Source: Rhodosorus marinus CCMP1338
Taxonomy: Eukaryota > Plantae > Rhodophyta
Length of the DNA stretch: 64,000 bases
Assembly: GCA_029953675.1 (NCBI GenBank)
Contig: JAMWBK010000002.1
Coordinates: 992,001-1,056,000 of the forward strand
Reading direction: 5' to 3'
Shown: positions 1-12,584 of the stretch, piece by piece
Numbering within the stretch: position 1 is the stretch's first letter
Layout: each line of letters opens with the position of its first letter
Translations under genes and position numbers: made by a program
Notes under the pieces: model-generated
What the model saw: the letters and a program-made list of their open reading frames with translations, nothing else
What the model was told of the DNA's origin: nothing
Databases searched by the model: none

Positions 1-1233
1 CCCCGGATGTACAGCATGTTTTGAAGGTATGACAGTTTACTTAAGCAGTGCATTGCTTTTCGTGAGTGATTCCGATGGCTAAGACTGACCGTTGGATCCT
101 TTATGACAGGTGAAATTGGAGGACCTGTACAAAGGCAAGACCACAAAGCTGGCAATTACTCGCAACAGAATTTGCACGAAGTGCCAAGGCAATGGTGCCA
201 TCGACACCTCAAAGGTTAGCACTTGTTCCGACTGCCGTGGAACTGGTATTCGCACACAGTTGCGCCAGATCGCACCCGGCATGGTACAACAGCTGCAATC
301 CCACTGCACCACTTGCAACGGTACGGGCGAAGTCATCCCGCCTTCTGCAAGGTGTGGAAAGTGCTCGGGTGAAAAGGTGAGTTCTATCCATTTTGTGCTA
401 CTGGAATTCACAGACTGTGGCTGGAGGCACAACTGTGCCGGAAACCGCTTTCCTGCACCGTCATGGCACATCTTTCGAACCTAAGACTCTTACCCGTTTT
501 GCGTCTCGCTTTTGTGGTAGGTGGTACAAGAGCGTAAGGTGTTGGAAGTATATGTCGAACCTGGCATGGAGCATGGCCAAAAAATAACTTTTACTGGAGA
601 AGCGCACGAAGAGCCTGGAGCTCTGGCGGGGGATGTGATAATGGTGCTCAAGCAGGAAGAGCATGATGTTTTTGAAAGAAAATCAGCAAATCTCATCATG
701 GAAAAGTCCATAACGCTACTCGAAGCCTTGAACGGCTTTCAGTTTGTGATTGATCATCTGGATGACCGAAAGGTCGTCATTACATCTACGGATGTTATTA
801 AGCCGGACGACCTGAAGAGTGTTCCTGATGAGGGTACGTGTGTCCACGCTGATGGCTTTTCATTGCAAGCTACTGGTGCCACGGGTGGTACTCCTATGAG
901 TTTTCTGTACTGCTTTGAATTGGATCTGACTGGGATGTTTTCTTTGAATGCACAGGAATGCCGCACTACAGGAACACCTATGAAAAGGGATATCTTTTCA
1001 TTAGGTTCAAGATTGAGTTCCCTGTGAGCCTGAATCCTCATCAGAAGGGAGCGCTTGAGAACGTCCTTGGGCCCAGGCCGGCTGTTAAAATTCCCATCGG
1101 TGACAATGTTGACGAAGCGAAGATGATCGACTTCCAGAAGGGACACGCGGAACAACAGCGTAGGGGTGGGAACGCGTATGATGAAGATGAGGATATGGAT
1201 GGAGGACGGAGAGTAGAATGCGCTCATCAGTAG
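1..1233 (+). CDS. DNAJA: Type I J-domain co-chaperone (YDJ1/DNAJA-like), 5' truncated by window edge
   Basis: Spliced exons (~110-377, 521-834, 957-1233). They encode four CxxCxGxG-type zinc-finger repeats (CTKCQGNG, CSDCRGTG, CTTCNGTG, CGKCSGEK), the C-terminal substrate-binding domain (VYVEPGMEHGQKITF, GDVIMVL) and a terminal CaaX box (CAHQ*). Confidence 0.95.
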
Positions 1234-2489
1234 CTTGTATAATTTGCTGAATGCGGTTAAAACTTGTCCCCCATAGCGTCAGATGGTTTCAATGCATCTG
1301 TCTCTCGCTGAGGTATGAATAACTTGGTGATGGAGTTCCAGGAATCTGACATGTAAAATTAGGACTCTGAGCTTGGTTCGTGGTGGATCAAGCTCTGGAT
1401 GGATTGTTCAAATGGATAATAAACTGAGTCGCTTTTGAGACTACATAGTTTCCAGTTTTCTATGGGTTCTGGTTGAGCTTCTGGAGGCACACTCCACAAC
1501 TGCGCAAAGGACCGAGGAGTATAAAATTGGCAGCGTGTAACAACCAGCACCAACAAGCTGCTGGCACCCTCCTACAGCGGCGCTGTAGAGGCACAAGTCA
1601 TCGCAGAAAGATGACGTATTCACGACTTCCTCAGTAGACCCACGCTTATCAGTTCAGAAAAGAATAACCGGAGGAGAAACCTGGTTTTATTCTCGGGACT
1701 GCTTTGGGAAGAAAGCCCAGCAAATCCCAATCTTCCGTATCGATGCATTTCCTCTTACCTCCATGGTCAAAGTCAAGCTAATGGAACGCCAAGCAATCCA
1801 ATCCGTGCAACACTAGATAGCGACCATTGCCCAAACCCCAAACCACACAGCCCGCTGGCAAAGAAACATCGGAAAAACAAAATACGGACAGGAGCCAAAT
1901 CTCCCCCAAAACATTGTCCACGTGTCCCTTAAATACAAAATTATTTAAAACAATAAGCCCCACATATATTATTAATCGAGAAAATATTTTATTACGGACG
2001 TGTGTCCTAATATAATTCGACTAACGGTCTAGTATCAAATGAGTTTTTAGTCCAAAAAAGAAGACCACGTCATTTTTAATTTTATTTTTGAAAAACTGAA
2101 TGAACGCTTAGTCGTCATCTGTCTGTTATGTGACGTGATAGGAAACGCAGTGGGGTTTGGGTGAGGTGGAATATTTAGGTGAGCAAAGTTGGAGAGACTC
2201 TTGGCGATGGTATGGAGGGGACAGAGAGAGAGAGAGAGTTTGGAGCCAGGATTTATAGATGATGAGAGTTGCGGAGAGAATTGGAAATTTTCTGTGTTGA
2301 TGGTTTCGTTTTGTTGGGTATGATGTGGACTTGAAAAAATCGGGGGGGGGGAGGGGATCTGGTATTTCTTGTACGATTTCGGTAGTTTTCTTATTGGGTC
2401 TTTGTGAGAAGCCGTTAGTAGCGTTATCTTAGGTTTTCGCCGCTGTATTTTCCGAACAAGCTACTAGCCTGGGCTTGATCGTTGCGAAG

Positions 2490-5015
2490 ATGCGTTCAAG
2501 GTGGCTTGTGGTATGGTTGACTGTCGGAGTTTTCTGTGCACTGGATTCCCGGGCTGAGATACTGGCGGATGGCATAGCCAAGTCTCCTGAAGAAGATGAC
2601 GGTAGATCTCGGCTGTTTCAGAGGTTTGATGTTGATAATGATGGTAATCAAGTCGTTCTCCTTCGGTCTATATGCGAGGCCGCCGCTGCATTAGCGCTTA
2701 CGTGCTCTGAACGTGCTCAGGTCAATTAAACGAGGAGGAAGTCGCGGAGATGCTGAAGCAGCTCGAAAGGGCGAAAAATAAAAAGGGAGATGGAGAGGAC
2801 TCGGACGGATTGCACGAAGTTTGGATAGATGGTGAGTCGGTCCAGGTTGGGGAGAGCGATTTTCAATTGCTTTTCAAGCAGCTGTCGAACTTGAAGCAGA
2901 CAAAGGTTGGCTACTCACGGGGGACATCCGAAGGAAGAATTTTTAAATTAGTCTCGTGCTAATGAATTACATCCTGTTCGTCGTTGCGTTTCGTACCAAC
3001 AGGATCCGAGCAAGGATCCGCGAATGAGCCTCCAGGAAGATATCATCTTCGTTCAGGACCTTGTAATTATCTTGGTTTCTGCTACTATTGGCGGAACACT
3101 TGCATCATTGCTCAAACAGCCACCGCTCATGGGGTAGGCTCTGTCGGCTCATCGCATCCTTGAGGTGGCCGCCCCCTAAGCATCACGTCCTTTTCTCTGT
3201 TCAGGTATATTTTCGGCGGCATGCTGATTGGACCGGGATGCTTGGGATTGGTGACTGAACTAGTAGAAATGGAAACACTGGCGAGTTTGGGCATCGCGTT
3301 CTTACTGTTCTCTCTTGGAATCGAGTTTTCCCTCACGGAACTGCAGAGGGGTAAGTTCATCTTGTGTCGGAATGTCCTGTGGGTGGTGGGTTGAATCAGA
3401 TCTTTAACACGGCCCGGACATTTTCAATTTGCAGCGAAGAGAGTTGCCGTCTTTGGGGGTTTGACGTCGATGTTCGGTGTTTCCGTGCTTACTGGAACCC
3501 TTGCGCGAGCTACGGGTCTCGTCAAATCGTACGTCATCCGGGCATCACCCTCTGTTTCCCGGTTTGCAGAACTTTTAGGGACTGGCCTTGGATCTCGATC
3601 TCCGTGAGGTCGTTTTTTGCTTAACCTAGATTGCAACAACTTCGTCGATTGCATAGGCTCCCAACGGCGATCGCTCTGGGTCTCGCCCTGTCGTTATCGT
3701 CAACTGCAATTGTTTTGCAATGCCTGCCAAAGCAGGACTCGTTGCCTACGGTACTATACTCCAGAAGCGTATCATGAAGTTATCCCGTTCACTTCGCATC
3801 ACAGAGTGTGGCTTCACTCGCTTTGCCCCCAATACTCACATGCGACCAATATCCATTCTCCAGGAGACGGCTGATGGGGAGATAACAATCGACGACCCGA
3901 AAGCTCGTAAGGTAGTACTGGCCCTTTTGGTGATTCAGGACATCATGATCGGGCTCATTCTAGCTTTGCTTCCAACGCTGAACGGTACCGCCTCAGAATT
4001 CACGAAAGAATTCATGAGCGCATTCCTCCGACTCGGAATATTCGGTAAGATCATGCCTTGAGCTGAACCGCGCGAGCGCATTCTTCTAGAACTCCTTGTT
4101 TGCGCGGCGGCTAAGCTTCTATATAACTCTTCGATAGTTGTCCTATCACTAATTGTTGCTGAGTACGTGCTGCCTTACGCCTTGGATCGACTTGACAAGT
4201 CGCAAAGCCAAGAGATTTTTACGCTCGGTATTGTTGGGACGTGTCTTATCATTTCGTACGTCAGCGAGAGACTAGGACTGGCCATAGAACTGGGTGAGTG
4301 GACCTCCTTCAATTGAAGCGGATTCGAGTAGTGGCAGGTTTGGGCCACTCCCGTGCGCATGGTAACACCCAGCTAATATTGCGCGATTGGGATCTTCACA
4401 TAGGCGCCTTCGTTGCCGGAATAATGATGTCTGAGTCGAAGTATCGGGACCGAGTTGAGCATTCTGTCGACTCCATCAGGTGCGTATTTCAAGTTATCTG
4501 AAGGGACTTTCTGTAGCGCTGGCGAAATTGAAAGCAGGCTAGCTTGACCTTAATCAGTTCTTCTGTCACTTTCATCAGGGATGTGTTCACCTCAATTTTT
4601 TTCGTGACGATCGGAATGATGATTCACTTCAGCTACTTTTACGCAAACTTCCTACGAATGTTGGGGCTCCTAGTAATCATTTTCGCGGTGAAGGGCTTCG
4701 TGATGACGGCAACATGTTTTCTCTTCGGTGACCTCCCTTTTAGAGCTTCTCTTGCAAGTGGATTAGCTATCTCTCAAGCTGGGGAGTTTACTTTCGTTGT
4801 TGCGAGCACGGTAAGCTTTTTCGGTAGCCAGTTTCTGCCACTCCACTCTGACAGATTGTCGCTTTTGCGGGAAATCCCAGGGTCAAAGTCTCCAATTGTT
4901 CTCAACGAGCGAAACCCGGATGATCAACGGTGCTACGGCGTTATCCATGCTGTTAACACCGTTCCTTATCACCTACATGCGACGATTTGGAAGGAGCATT
5001 GCAACCACGAAGTGA
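2490..5015 (+). CDS. CPA2-family K+/H+ antiporter (KEA4-6/TMCO3-like) with signal peptide and one EF-hand
   Basis: Multi-exon model: hydrophobic N-terminus; DLVIILVSATIGGTLASLLKQPPLMGYIFGGMLIGP; LGIAFLLFSLGIEFS; ALLVIQDIMIGLILALLP; LGAFVAGIMMSES; RDVFTSIFFVTIGM; SQAGEFTFVVAS. The last exon ends ...RSIATTK* at 5015. Confidence 0.88.
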
Positions 5016-5357
5016 GATGCCACATGCGAACAAGGAGCAAGCAATGTTCTGGCGTCGGTCGAGAACTAATTTGCATTCGCATTGCCGTTGGGGTTGCCAA
5101 TGCCAAACGAAGAGATTAGCTGGAGCCCGTTACACGTGCAATTTCGTTCCGCTCACAAGACCCGTCAATGATTTGCTCGTTTAGACCCCCGTAGTGGGAC
5201 ACTCGGCTTGGAAACTTTTTTGTTTTGTAATTTAATAATTGAATCAGAAGCTTCAGATATCTGGAATTCTGGGATAATAACGAACAGAATGGTCTCTTCA
5301 CCTCGTTCAAACGTTCATGCTGGGACAAATAAACTTATGTACATGGAAGGTATCGTA

Positions 5358-7222
5358 CTACGCGGTGACGGGCAACTCGGGATCGATCAGATCTCCGAGT
5401 GAACCCTCTTCCTCCAATTTCTTAATCTTTCCGTAACCCCCAACGTACTTTCCATCGACGAAAAGCAAAGGAAGCTTCCCCGATCCCGTTATTTCCTCCA
5501 GAGCATGACCAAGTCCAGGACCACTCTGGCTGTCTTCATCGAGATTCTGCTATCGATCAAAATCAAAAAAACATTAGAATCTCAAATCGACAAGGTGCAA
5601 AGAGGAAGCAATCGCCCGCGGATAACGGAGTCCGAATAGGAAAATACACGTACAATCATAACAGAATTGGCTCCCTGATCTTCCAACAGCTGTACAAGCT
5701 TCTGCGACTGATCACAATAGGACTTTCCAAAAGCAACTAGCTTGTCTTGCTCGATCCTTTCATTCAAAAGCTGATGCCAAGTGGCTTGCGAGCGATCTTT
5801 TGGTATGCTACTGAAGCGCTTGGTGATCTCCTCAAAAGTACCGCAGACGTTGAGATGGCTAGAGCCATCTTCCGCGTTCCAACCTGCGAGCCTGACAACA
5901 TGTACGTATCGAACAGGTGAGTACATGCCAGTCGGCAAGAAAGCTTTTATCTTCTCCATACCTTGGTACTGATCCACTATTGTCGATATCAGCGACAAAG
6001 TCCGCCTCGGAAGCTAGTTCGTAAACAGCTACCGGTACCCTCTTCAAGGAATCATTCACGTCCTGCTCTCGCACGTACCTTCCAGTCTTTTCCGCCCGCA
6101 TCCTGACCCTCTCCATCACCACCTCTCTTGTTGCGTGGACGTACAATATGGCAATTCTGTAATGGTTGTTCTCCCGACGTATTTGTTCAAAAACTTGTCG
6201 ATACCAGTCATAATCCCTGCACCAGGTTACAGTCCTTAGGTGAGCAACGGCAGTGCACAATTCGAGCCTACTACAAAACTACTAATTTTCACTCCCAGAG
6301 ATTGTAATGTCTACGTACCGAAACGAACCGTCGATCCAGATGTTCTTGTTACATCTTAAGGCCGCCTCCTGGCCAATCTCTACAAGGAGGCCGCTTTCCT
6401 TCTGGGTAAGGAAGCCGGCAGTTAATCTGTCGTGCTCAACGTACTTTCCCCATTCAGGTAGCGCGAGTTTAAACTTGTCCGGGTCAAGTTGGACAATATT
6501 CTCCAGTGGAAAATAGCCTTTCTCATTCATCCACTCCAACGTATGACTTTTTCCGGCTCCCATGGGTCCAGCGGTGAAAATAATCCAAGGATGCTCAACG
6601 GATTCTCCCGTTCGAAGAACCGATTTCACAAGCTTGTCCTGAAACCATTGCCTCTCCGGTGCGTAGAACCCATGGTAGCCAGTGTCCAGTTCGCGCCGAA
6701 TATCTTTGTAAATACCAAGGTGAGTCTGCTTCTCAGGATCATCGACTCGATAGTTTTCGGCAGTTGACAAACTGAAGTCATAGGACTTCGGAACTTTCCA
6801 TTCAACCTCCTCAAGTAAACTAGTGTAGCATTGTCGTCGAAGTCGAGAAATAATACCAGAGTGGACAGAAGTATCCAAAAACTGAAGAGCATCCAGAGAC
6901 GCTAGACAATCCTGAAAGTGTGAACACAGCCGTAGCAAGGAGGAAGACGACAGACCACGAAAACGAATCAGATATCCTGCCACTTGACTTGATTATCTAC
7001 AATCGCAGCCGAGGCCCGAGCTCATCACACAGAGCCGATCCCTTTATCCAGCCCCAAAAAGCTTACCTCAGACCTCGAGGGCATGAACCCTCCTTTCTCG
7101 GCCGGCAAGTCATCAACGCTGATACTCCCGTTAATTTTATTACCAACAAACAGTGGAGCAGCCACACCTCGCTTCTTTTCCGCCAGCATGTTTCCCTCAC
7201 GCCAAACAAAATCCGGACCCAA
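5358..7222 (-). CDS. Zeta-toxin-like P-loop kinase fused to a C-terminal glutaredoxin-like domain
   Basis: Kinase part: WIIFTAGPMGAGKS (Walker A), VQLDPDKFK, NIWIDGSFR, IAILYVHATREVVMERVRMRAEKTGR. Phase-compatible GT-AG introns lead into KLVAFGKSYCDQSQKLVQLL...GKLPLLFVDGKYVGGYGKIKKLEEEGSL, with the stop at 5358. The 5' exon structure upstream of ~6830 is uncertain. Confidence 0.75.
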
Positions 7223-8966
7223 TTCCTAACCAGGGACTAAATCTCAAACTCCCGTACCGGCCCCCCCCCCCAAAAAAAAAACAAAAAACTACTGCACAAC
7301 CGACAAAAAATACAGGATCTTACATCCCTCCTTCCCAACCCAACTCTCCTCAACCTTCCTTGTCCCATAAACATGCACAATCCCCCTCTCCCACTCTCTC
7401 TCGACCTCCTCTTCCCCCTCAACCCCCCCGAATGTACATGCTTACCAACGGCACGTACTTTATAAAAGCACTTCACATCTCAACACTCCCCCCCTCCCCA
7501 CCAGCGTTACGTATCAAGATGGCAAACTTCCCCTAAACACCAAACCGAACCTGGACCAAAATTCCGGTTATTTTTTATTCACCATTCAAGAATATTCTCC
7601 AGTCAAATACCTTTTTAGGGGATAAAAAAGGAACATCGGCCAAATCAGCGTGCCTCCCGCACGGCCAGCCACATTCTTCCATTTTTAAGGAAACTCAGCA
7701 AGGACAGGCATGACTGACGAGACTCACCCAAAACCGATCTAAGATATTAGAAAACAAACAACCAAACGTGAACCGGTTTTTATTGTATGAGTTACATGTA
7801 ATTAGACTATAACATTCATATAAACATAATTTGTATACTGTAAAGTAGGTTGTACCAATTTCCTATCCGTTGAAGAGGTCGTGTTCTTTTCAGGTGAAAA
7901 ACGTGAAGAGTTTTTTCTTCCGGTTGTCCACCTGATAAAACGATACATTATTTGTATTGAATAAGCTTTTTACAAGATAATTGGTTGAAGAATCGGTTGG
8001 AGCATATCAGTCATTTTGGGTGTATTCAGTCGTTTAATAGTTCGGGCTGCGTGAGATTCGGACGTTTAGCAGAAGTGCGGAGAGCGGCGGGACGCGGTAA
8101 ACCTGCTCGGCAGTTGAAGATTGGCTTCGTGATTTTTGTTTTGTTTTTCGTTTTCTTCTTCTGGCTGAGTAAAAGGTCAGAGAGAGCGTGTCCTGGGTGA
8201 GGAGGTCAACCAGCATTGCCTGTGTTCGCTTTGGCTAGATCTATAAAGTCAACCGATATCAGTAAGTTTACAGTACTGGAAGTTAATCGTGAATAATGAA
8301 TGCTTAATGCAGCGCTTTGGTGAATTTGAGCATTCCAAGACTGGTGAGTACTACAGTGCCCATATTTTCGGGATCAAGCGCTAGTTCACACGACTTCATT
8401 AGTTCAGGTCGAGAGATGTTATCCTGGCACGTGGATATCCTGTACAATACGGGGACAAGCAGGATAGTCTCCCTCTTCCAAAACCCGGAAAGAGTTTGAG
8501 TCTATCAGTTAGAAGCTGAGAAGATGGTGGCCCTTGCTGAACTCCGCTCAGCTTCGGAATTATTAGTTACGAAGTTGAGCGCCTCTCGGACGGGAGTAGT
8601 AATACGTCTGGCCGAGTAGAGCGATGAAAATTCTGTGGATCTCTTTTGCAGTGAAGCCCTCAACAGAAACGAGGAGTCAAGTCATCAATGCTCAAATGAC
8701 GCACAAAAGTTCGTACTCTTAAAACAGGATCACGTCTGGAATTCCACAGCTTCCCTGAATCTACATTAGATAGGGTGTTGACTTAACATATCAGCACCAC
8801 TCCAAACGCGTGGATTTAAGCTCCAAGCCAACATGGCGTCATCGCAAAATGATCTTCTTTCCAGGGCTCTGTCGTCGTGTTCTTGACGGACGCTGTTGCC
8901 AAACTTTCTTCTGTAAAGCTCTCCCCACACAGATCCAATGTCACCATCCCCCCTCCCCCTCCCCCC

Positions 8967-9172
8967 TTCAAAGTGTCCGCACAAGGCCTCCCATGATCGG
9001 TATGGCCAGGTCGTGAACGTAAATGACCACGTCCTCAATCCTCCCTCCTCTCCCTCCCCCTCCCCCTCCCCCTCCCCCTTCAAAGTGTCCGCACAAGGCC
9101 TCCCATGATCGGTATGGCCAGGTCGTGAACGTAAATGACCACGTCCTCAATCCTCCCTCCTCTCCCTCCCCC
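8967..9172. repeat. Direct tandem duplication, period 112 bp, bounded by (CCCCCT)n tracts
   Basis: TTCAAAGTGTCCGCACAAGG...CTCTCCCTCCCCC occurs at 8967 and 9079 and is identical by eye. Confidence 0.9.
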
Positions 9173-10654
9173 CCAAAAAAAAAAAACAAATAACCCTATA
9201 GCAATTGAATCCTCGCTCTTTCCTGACAATCCACTTTTTGGTCTTCTTGGCTCAACCCCTCTTCCCATCAATCACCGAAAATCCCCATCAACGGGGTGAC
9301 ACCGGAAAGCACGTTTTGTCAATACTTTGAATTCACTCCAATCGGGACGGCACGATCTCACGACAACGAAATTAAATAATAACAATAAAACTATTTCTGT
9401 TTTTTGTATAAAAAAAGAAAAATCCGAAAAAATATCCTACGGAAAGGCCTGGGAATTAATCCACATAATTTAGAAATTCATCTCCTCATATCTTCATTTA
9501 AAAAAGTTACAAAAATTCATTGAAGCTAGGTCACTCACCGCAGTTTCTTTTTCATTCACTTTTCAACCTGTTTGCTCACAGCCAACCAACCACGGGCAAT
9601 TGATTTTTCCTCCGCCGGAGATCAATTTCTAAAAACTTTCTTGATCGAGCACGCACAAAAAAATTAAATTCCTAAATAGACTCCCGTGTGAAAAAAAACC
9701 ACATTGTATTTGAAATAAATTTTAAAAATGGAGGACAAATACACTTAACCAATCAATGTTTCGGAAAGAGCCAAATCGATTCGAATACAATTCCCTATTT
9801 TTAAGTTATTTTGGTCATCTGTCATCTCCGCGGATTGTGTTTTCTCTTTTTTGCCTGAGAACCGGCACTTGTTAGCTCGTTGCCAGCTCAGGAAAATGTG
9901 CTCATGGAAGTTGTGGCGGAAGGCTTTTTCTTCGGTGATCGTTTAAACTCTTCAATGCTGCATGTGGTACTCATAAGAAATCCAAAAACTTTCGACAGAC
10001 AGCAGCTCTTCGAAAGCGACGAACCCCACCTATTGGTCTCTTAGTACTTTCCGAATTCGAGTGGAGTGAAGTGTATTCGTCGTGCTCAATGTTGGGATAG
10101 CAGAAATACTCGGATGGCATACCACCCGCACGCACCCGCTCGAAACTTCCCTCACTCCCCCGCCCACCTGCAGCCCACTGAGAAAGAGAATTTGACCGCA
10201 AATCTTTGTTCCCAGTAGTCCACTTCCAAGGCTTGGGTTGAGAATAAGATGTTCACTCTGCTTTCGATACGGCCCCTGGTCTTCACCCGGAGACGCAGGA
10301 CCACCCCTAGCATTCAAAACAATACTAGATTATCATCGCTGGACATGCCAAAGTTGTTACTGAGGACCATAGCTTCTTTCTGCAACTGCTAAGCTGCAAT
10401 CTTTTATTTAGTAGCTCCTCTAGTGACTGATGATCTACAGCGCAAACCTGCCCGAGGGAGTCGAGCTCAGTTCACGTCCTGTACTGCCTAGTCGGTTTGC
10501 CAAGGAGGTGGTGGTTGACGGAGCTGGCTAAGGAGGCCAAGTTGAGGAGCGCTCATCTGAGCATAAGGGAAGGCATGTATTGCGGTTGTTGAAGGCGAGG
10601 TTAGTAAAGGCTTAGGCAGCTTTGACCGCGGTCTATTGGAGAGAAAGTTTCACC

Positions 10655-11663
10655 ATGGGGACTATAGTGAAGCTGTTGTTCTCGCTGTGCGCTCTAGTTG
10701 CCTGGGTCTCTGAGTCGGAAGCCATGGATCCGACCTGGACCCGTGCTCGACTGGGCGATGGGACCGGCATTCCTGTGGGGTCTTTGGATACTGGGTTCAA
10801 TTTGTCGAAGTCTGAACGGCTGGTGCGTGGGAACCTGTCTGGGTCGATTAGGGAGTTCCCTTATCTCGTGGGCATTTTCAAGAAACAACCTGGAGCAGAT
10901 TTTTTTATTTGCACCGGGTCAATTGTACATGAGAGAGTAGTCTTGACTGCAGCCCACTGCCTTAGCCCGTTGGTCCGGGATGCGGCGTATGTCGTTTGCT
11001 ATGGGACTGACGACTTGTCAGACCCAACGCGTCGGAAGTGCACTCAGGTTGTGGGGAGAAAAGTGCATGAGGACTTTGCTGGCAAGGATACAGCTGGCCC
11101 TTTTGATGTCGCCTTGCTGAAGACGAAGGACCCAATGCGTTCGAAGCGTACTGGGATCGTAAAGGTCGACTTCAGCAGGAGAAGCAGCAGGGGAAAGCGG
11201 ACAGGCTTGTTGGTAGGATTTGGGCTGAATCCGAAGGGATGGGACGGTAGCCTTCGATACGTGAAAGCCAAACACAAGCCTATGTCACAATGTGCCGCTT
11301 TCCGCGATGCCAAGTACTTCCAGTGTGCACGCCCAAGAGGACTGAAGGGCTTTGGGGGTACATGTTCCGGAGACAGTGGTTCTCCGTTGATCGAAGGACC
11401 GAAGAAAAACCCCAAGAAGCACAGGGTGGTTGGAGTTCTCAGCTGGGCGTTCATAGGAGAGCTTGATTGTAAGTTGCAGTTGTCCGTCCAATACCGCCAA
11501 CGCAGAACGATTTTTCACTGACAATGTTCTTCTCTCCTCCCACCATCGTGCAGTTGATTGCTCAGAGCTGCCCTCCGGCTACACGCGACTCTCCACACCG
11601 TCCCATAAGAAGTTCCTCTTTCGTTCAATGAGAGAATTCGGGGCAAAGTTCAAGACCGTATGA
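10655..11663 (+). CDS. Secreted S1A (chymotrypsin-fold) serine protease, paralog 1
   Basis: Signal peptide; SER|LVRG activation site; LTAAHC, GPFDVALL and GDSGSP triad motifs. One phase-1 intron at 11469-11553; last exon DFDCSELPSGYTRL...FKTV*. Confidence 0.9.
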
Positions 11664-12480
11664 GGCAATTTTCTCCGCGACCGGACATCGACACTGACCT
11701 TACAGGTAGCACGAGGTCTTATTTGTATTTTACACAAGCGTCGGCAGTCAATGATTGACCTCAGACTGCTTGCTTGAAGCAGTACTTCTCCAGCATGAAA
11801 TACAACGAGAAAGGAGTATGGAATTTAACAGTGCCCCTTGCCATGGAGTCTCTAACAGATGCGAACGAATTTACTATCGTTTCTATGCTGTTTGTCCCAT
11901 TCATTCTGGCTTCCATACTGGCCGTCTTGGCGTAGAGCTTGGGCTCGACCCTGAAGTCGTGTTCAAGCACTCAGGGCGGATTTCTTCTCCTTGAAAGACT
12001 TGAAACGTATTGTACTAGCTACTTAGCTATTTCGTGCATTCTATGAGAGACGCTGATCGAAGCCAGGCACTGCACCCACCCTGTAGATTTCGACGGACGG
12101 TCAACGGTAGCTTCCCGCAAGGGGGCCCTAGAAAACCCCCTAGGTGAAATAATGGGTGTCGAGCAGTGGACAACCTCGGTCTCCACAGCATCTGAGAAAT
12201 TCCGGCTGTCCTCCAAAGGACTAATCGGCCTAACCCTATCCTTTGAAATCGCCTCTCCGGCTGGGGCTTATACCTGTATAGCCCGGAGGTGCACATCCCA
12301 AGGGGGCGGCAGCCAAGTAGTACGAAAAGTACTGGACCATCCTCAAAGCAACTTCCGTGTAGGGGAGTACCCAACAAAATTTTTGGCACGGGGGATCAGG
12401 TATTGTTGGCACTACGCTGGGATAAGTAGATGCCAAATGAAGGCTACAAGCTGAAAAGTTGCAGATCGGGTCACAAGCAC

Positions 12481-12584
12481 CCAGTCCACGGGCATTTGAA
12501 ACACAAAAAAACGGCCGAAGATATTGCTTATCTATACTACTCATCTTCCGCCGTTTTTTTTTGTTTCAAATACCCGTGGATTGG
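12481..12584. repeat. Inverted repeat: 42-bp arms, 20-nt loop
   Basis: 12481-12522 pairs with 12543-12584: 38 Watson-Crick pairs, 1 G:T and 3 mismatches by manual count. Confidence 0.9.

Noticed and set aside
1359-1963. Short minus-strand ORFs downstream of the J-protein gene
   Set aside because: No recognisable motif and no consistent exon chain.
5100-7600. Bacterial-style epsilon/zeta toxin-antitoxin pair or bacterial contamination
   Set aside because: No adjacent antitoxin ORF, and the gene has spliceosomal introns and eukaryotic neighbours.
11761-12544. Several overlapping minus-strand ORFs between protease paralogs 1 and 2
   Set aside because: A gene may be present, but I could not build a consistent splice model or recognise any motif.
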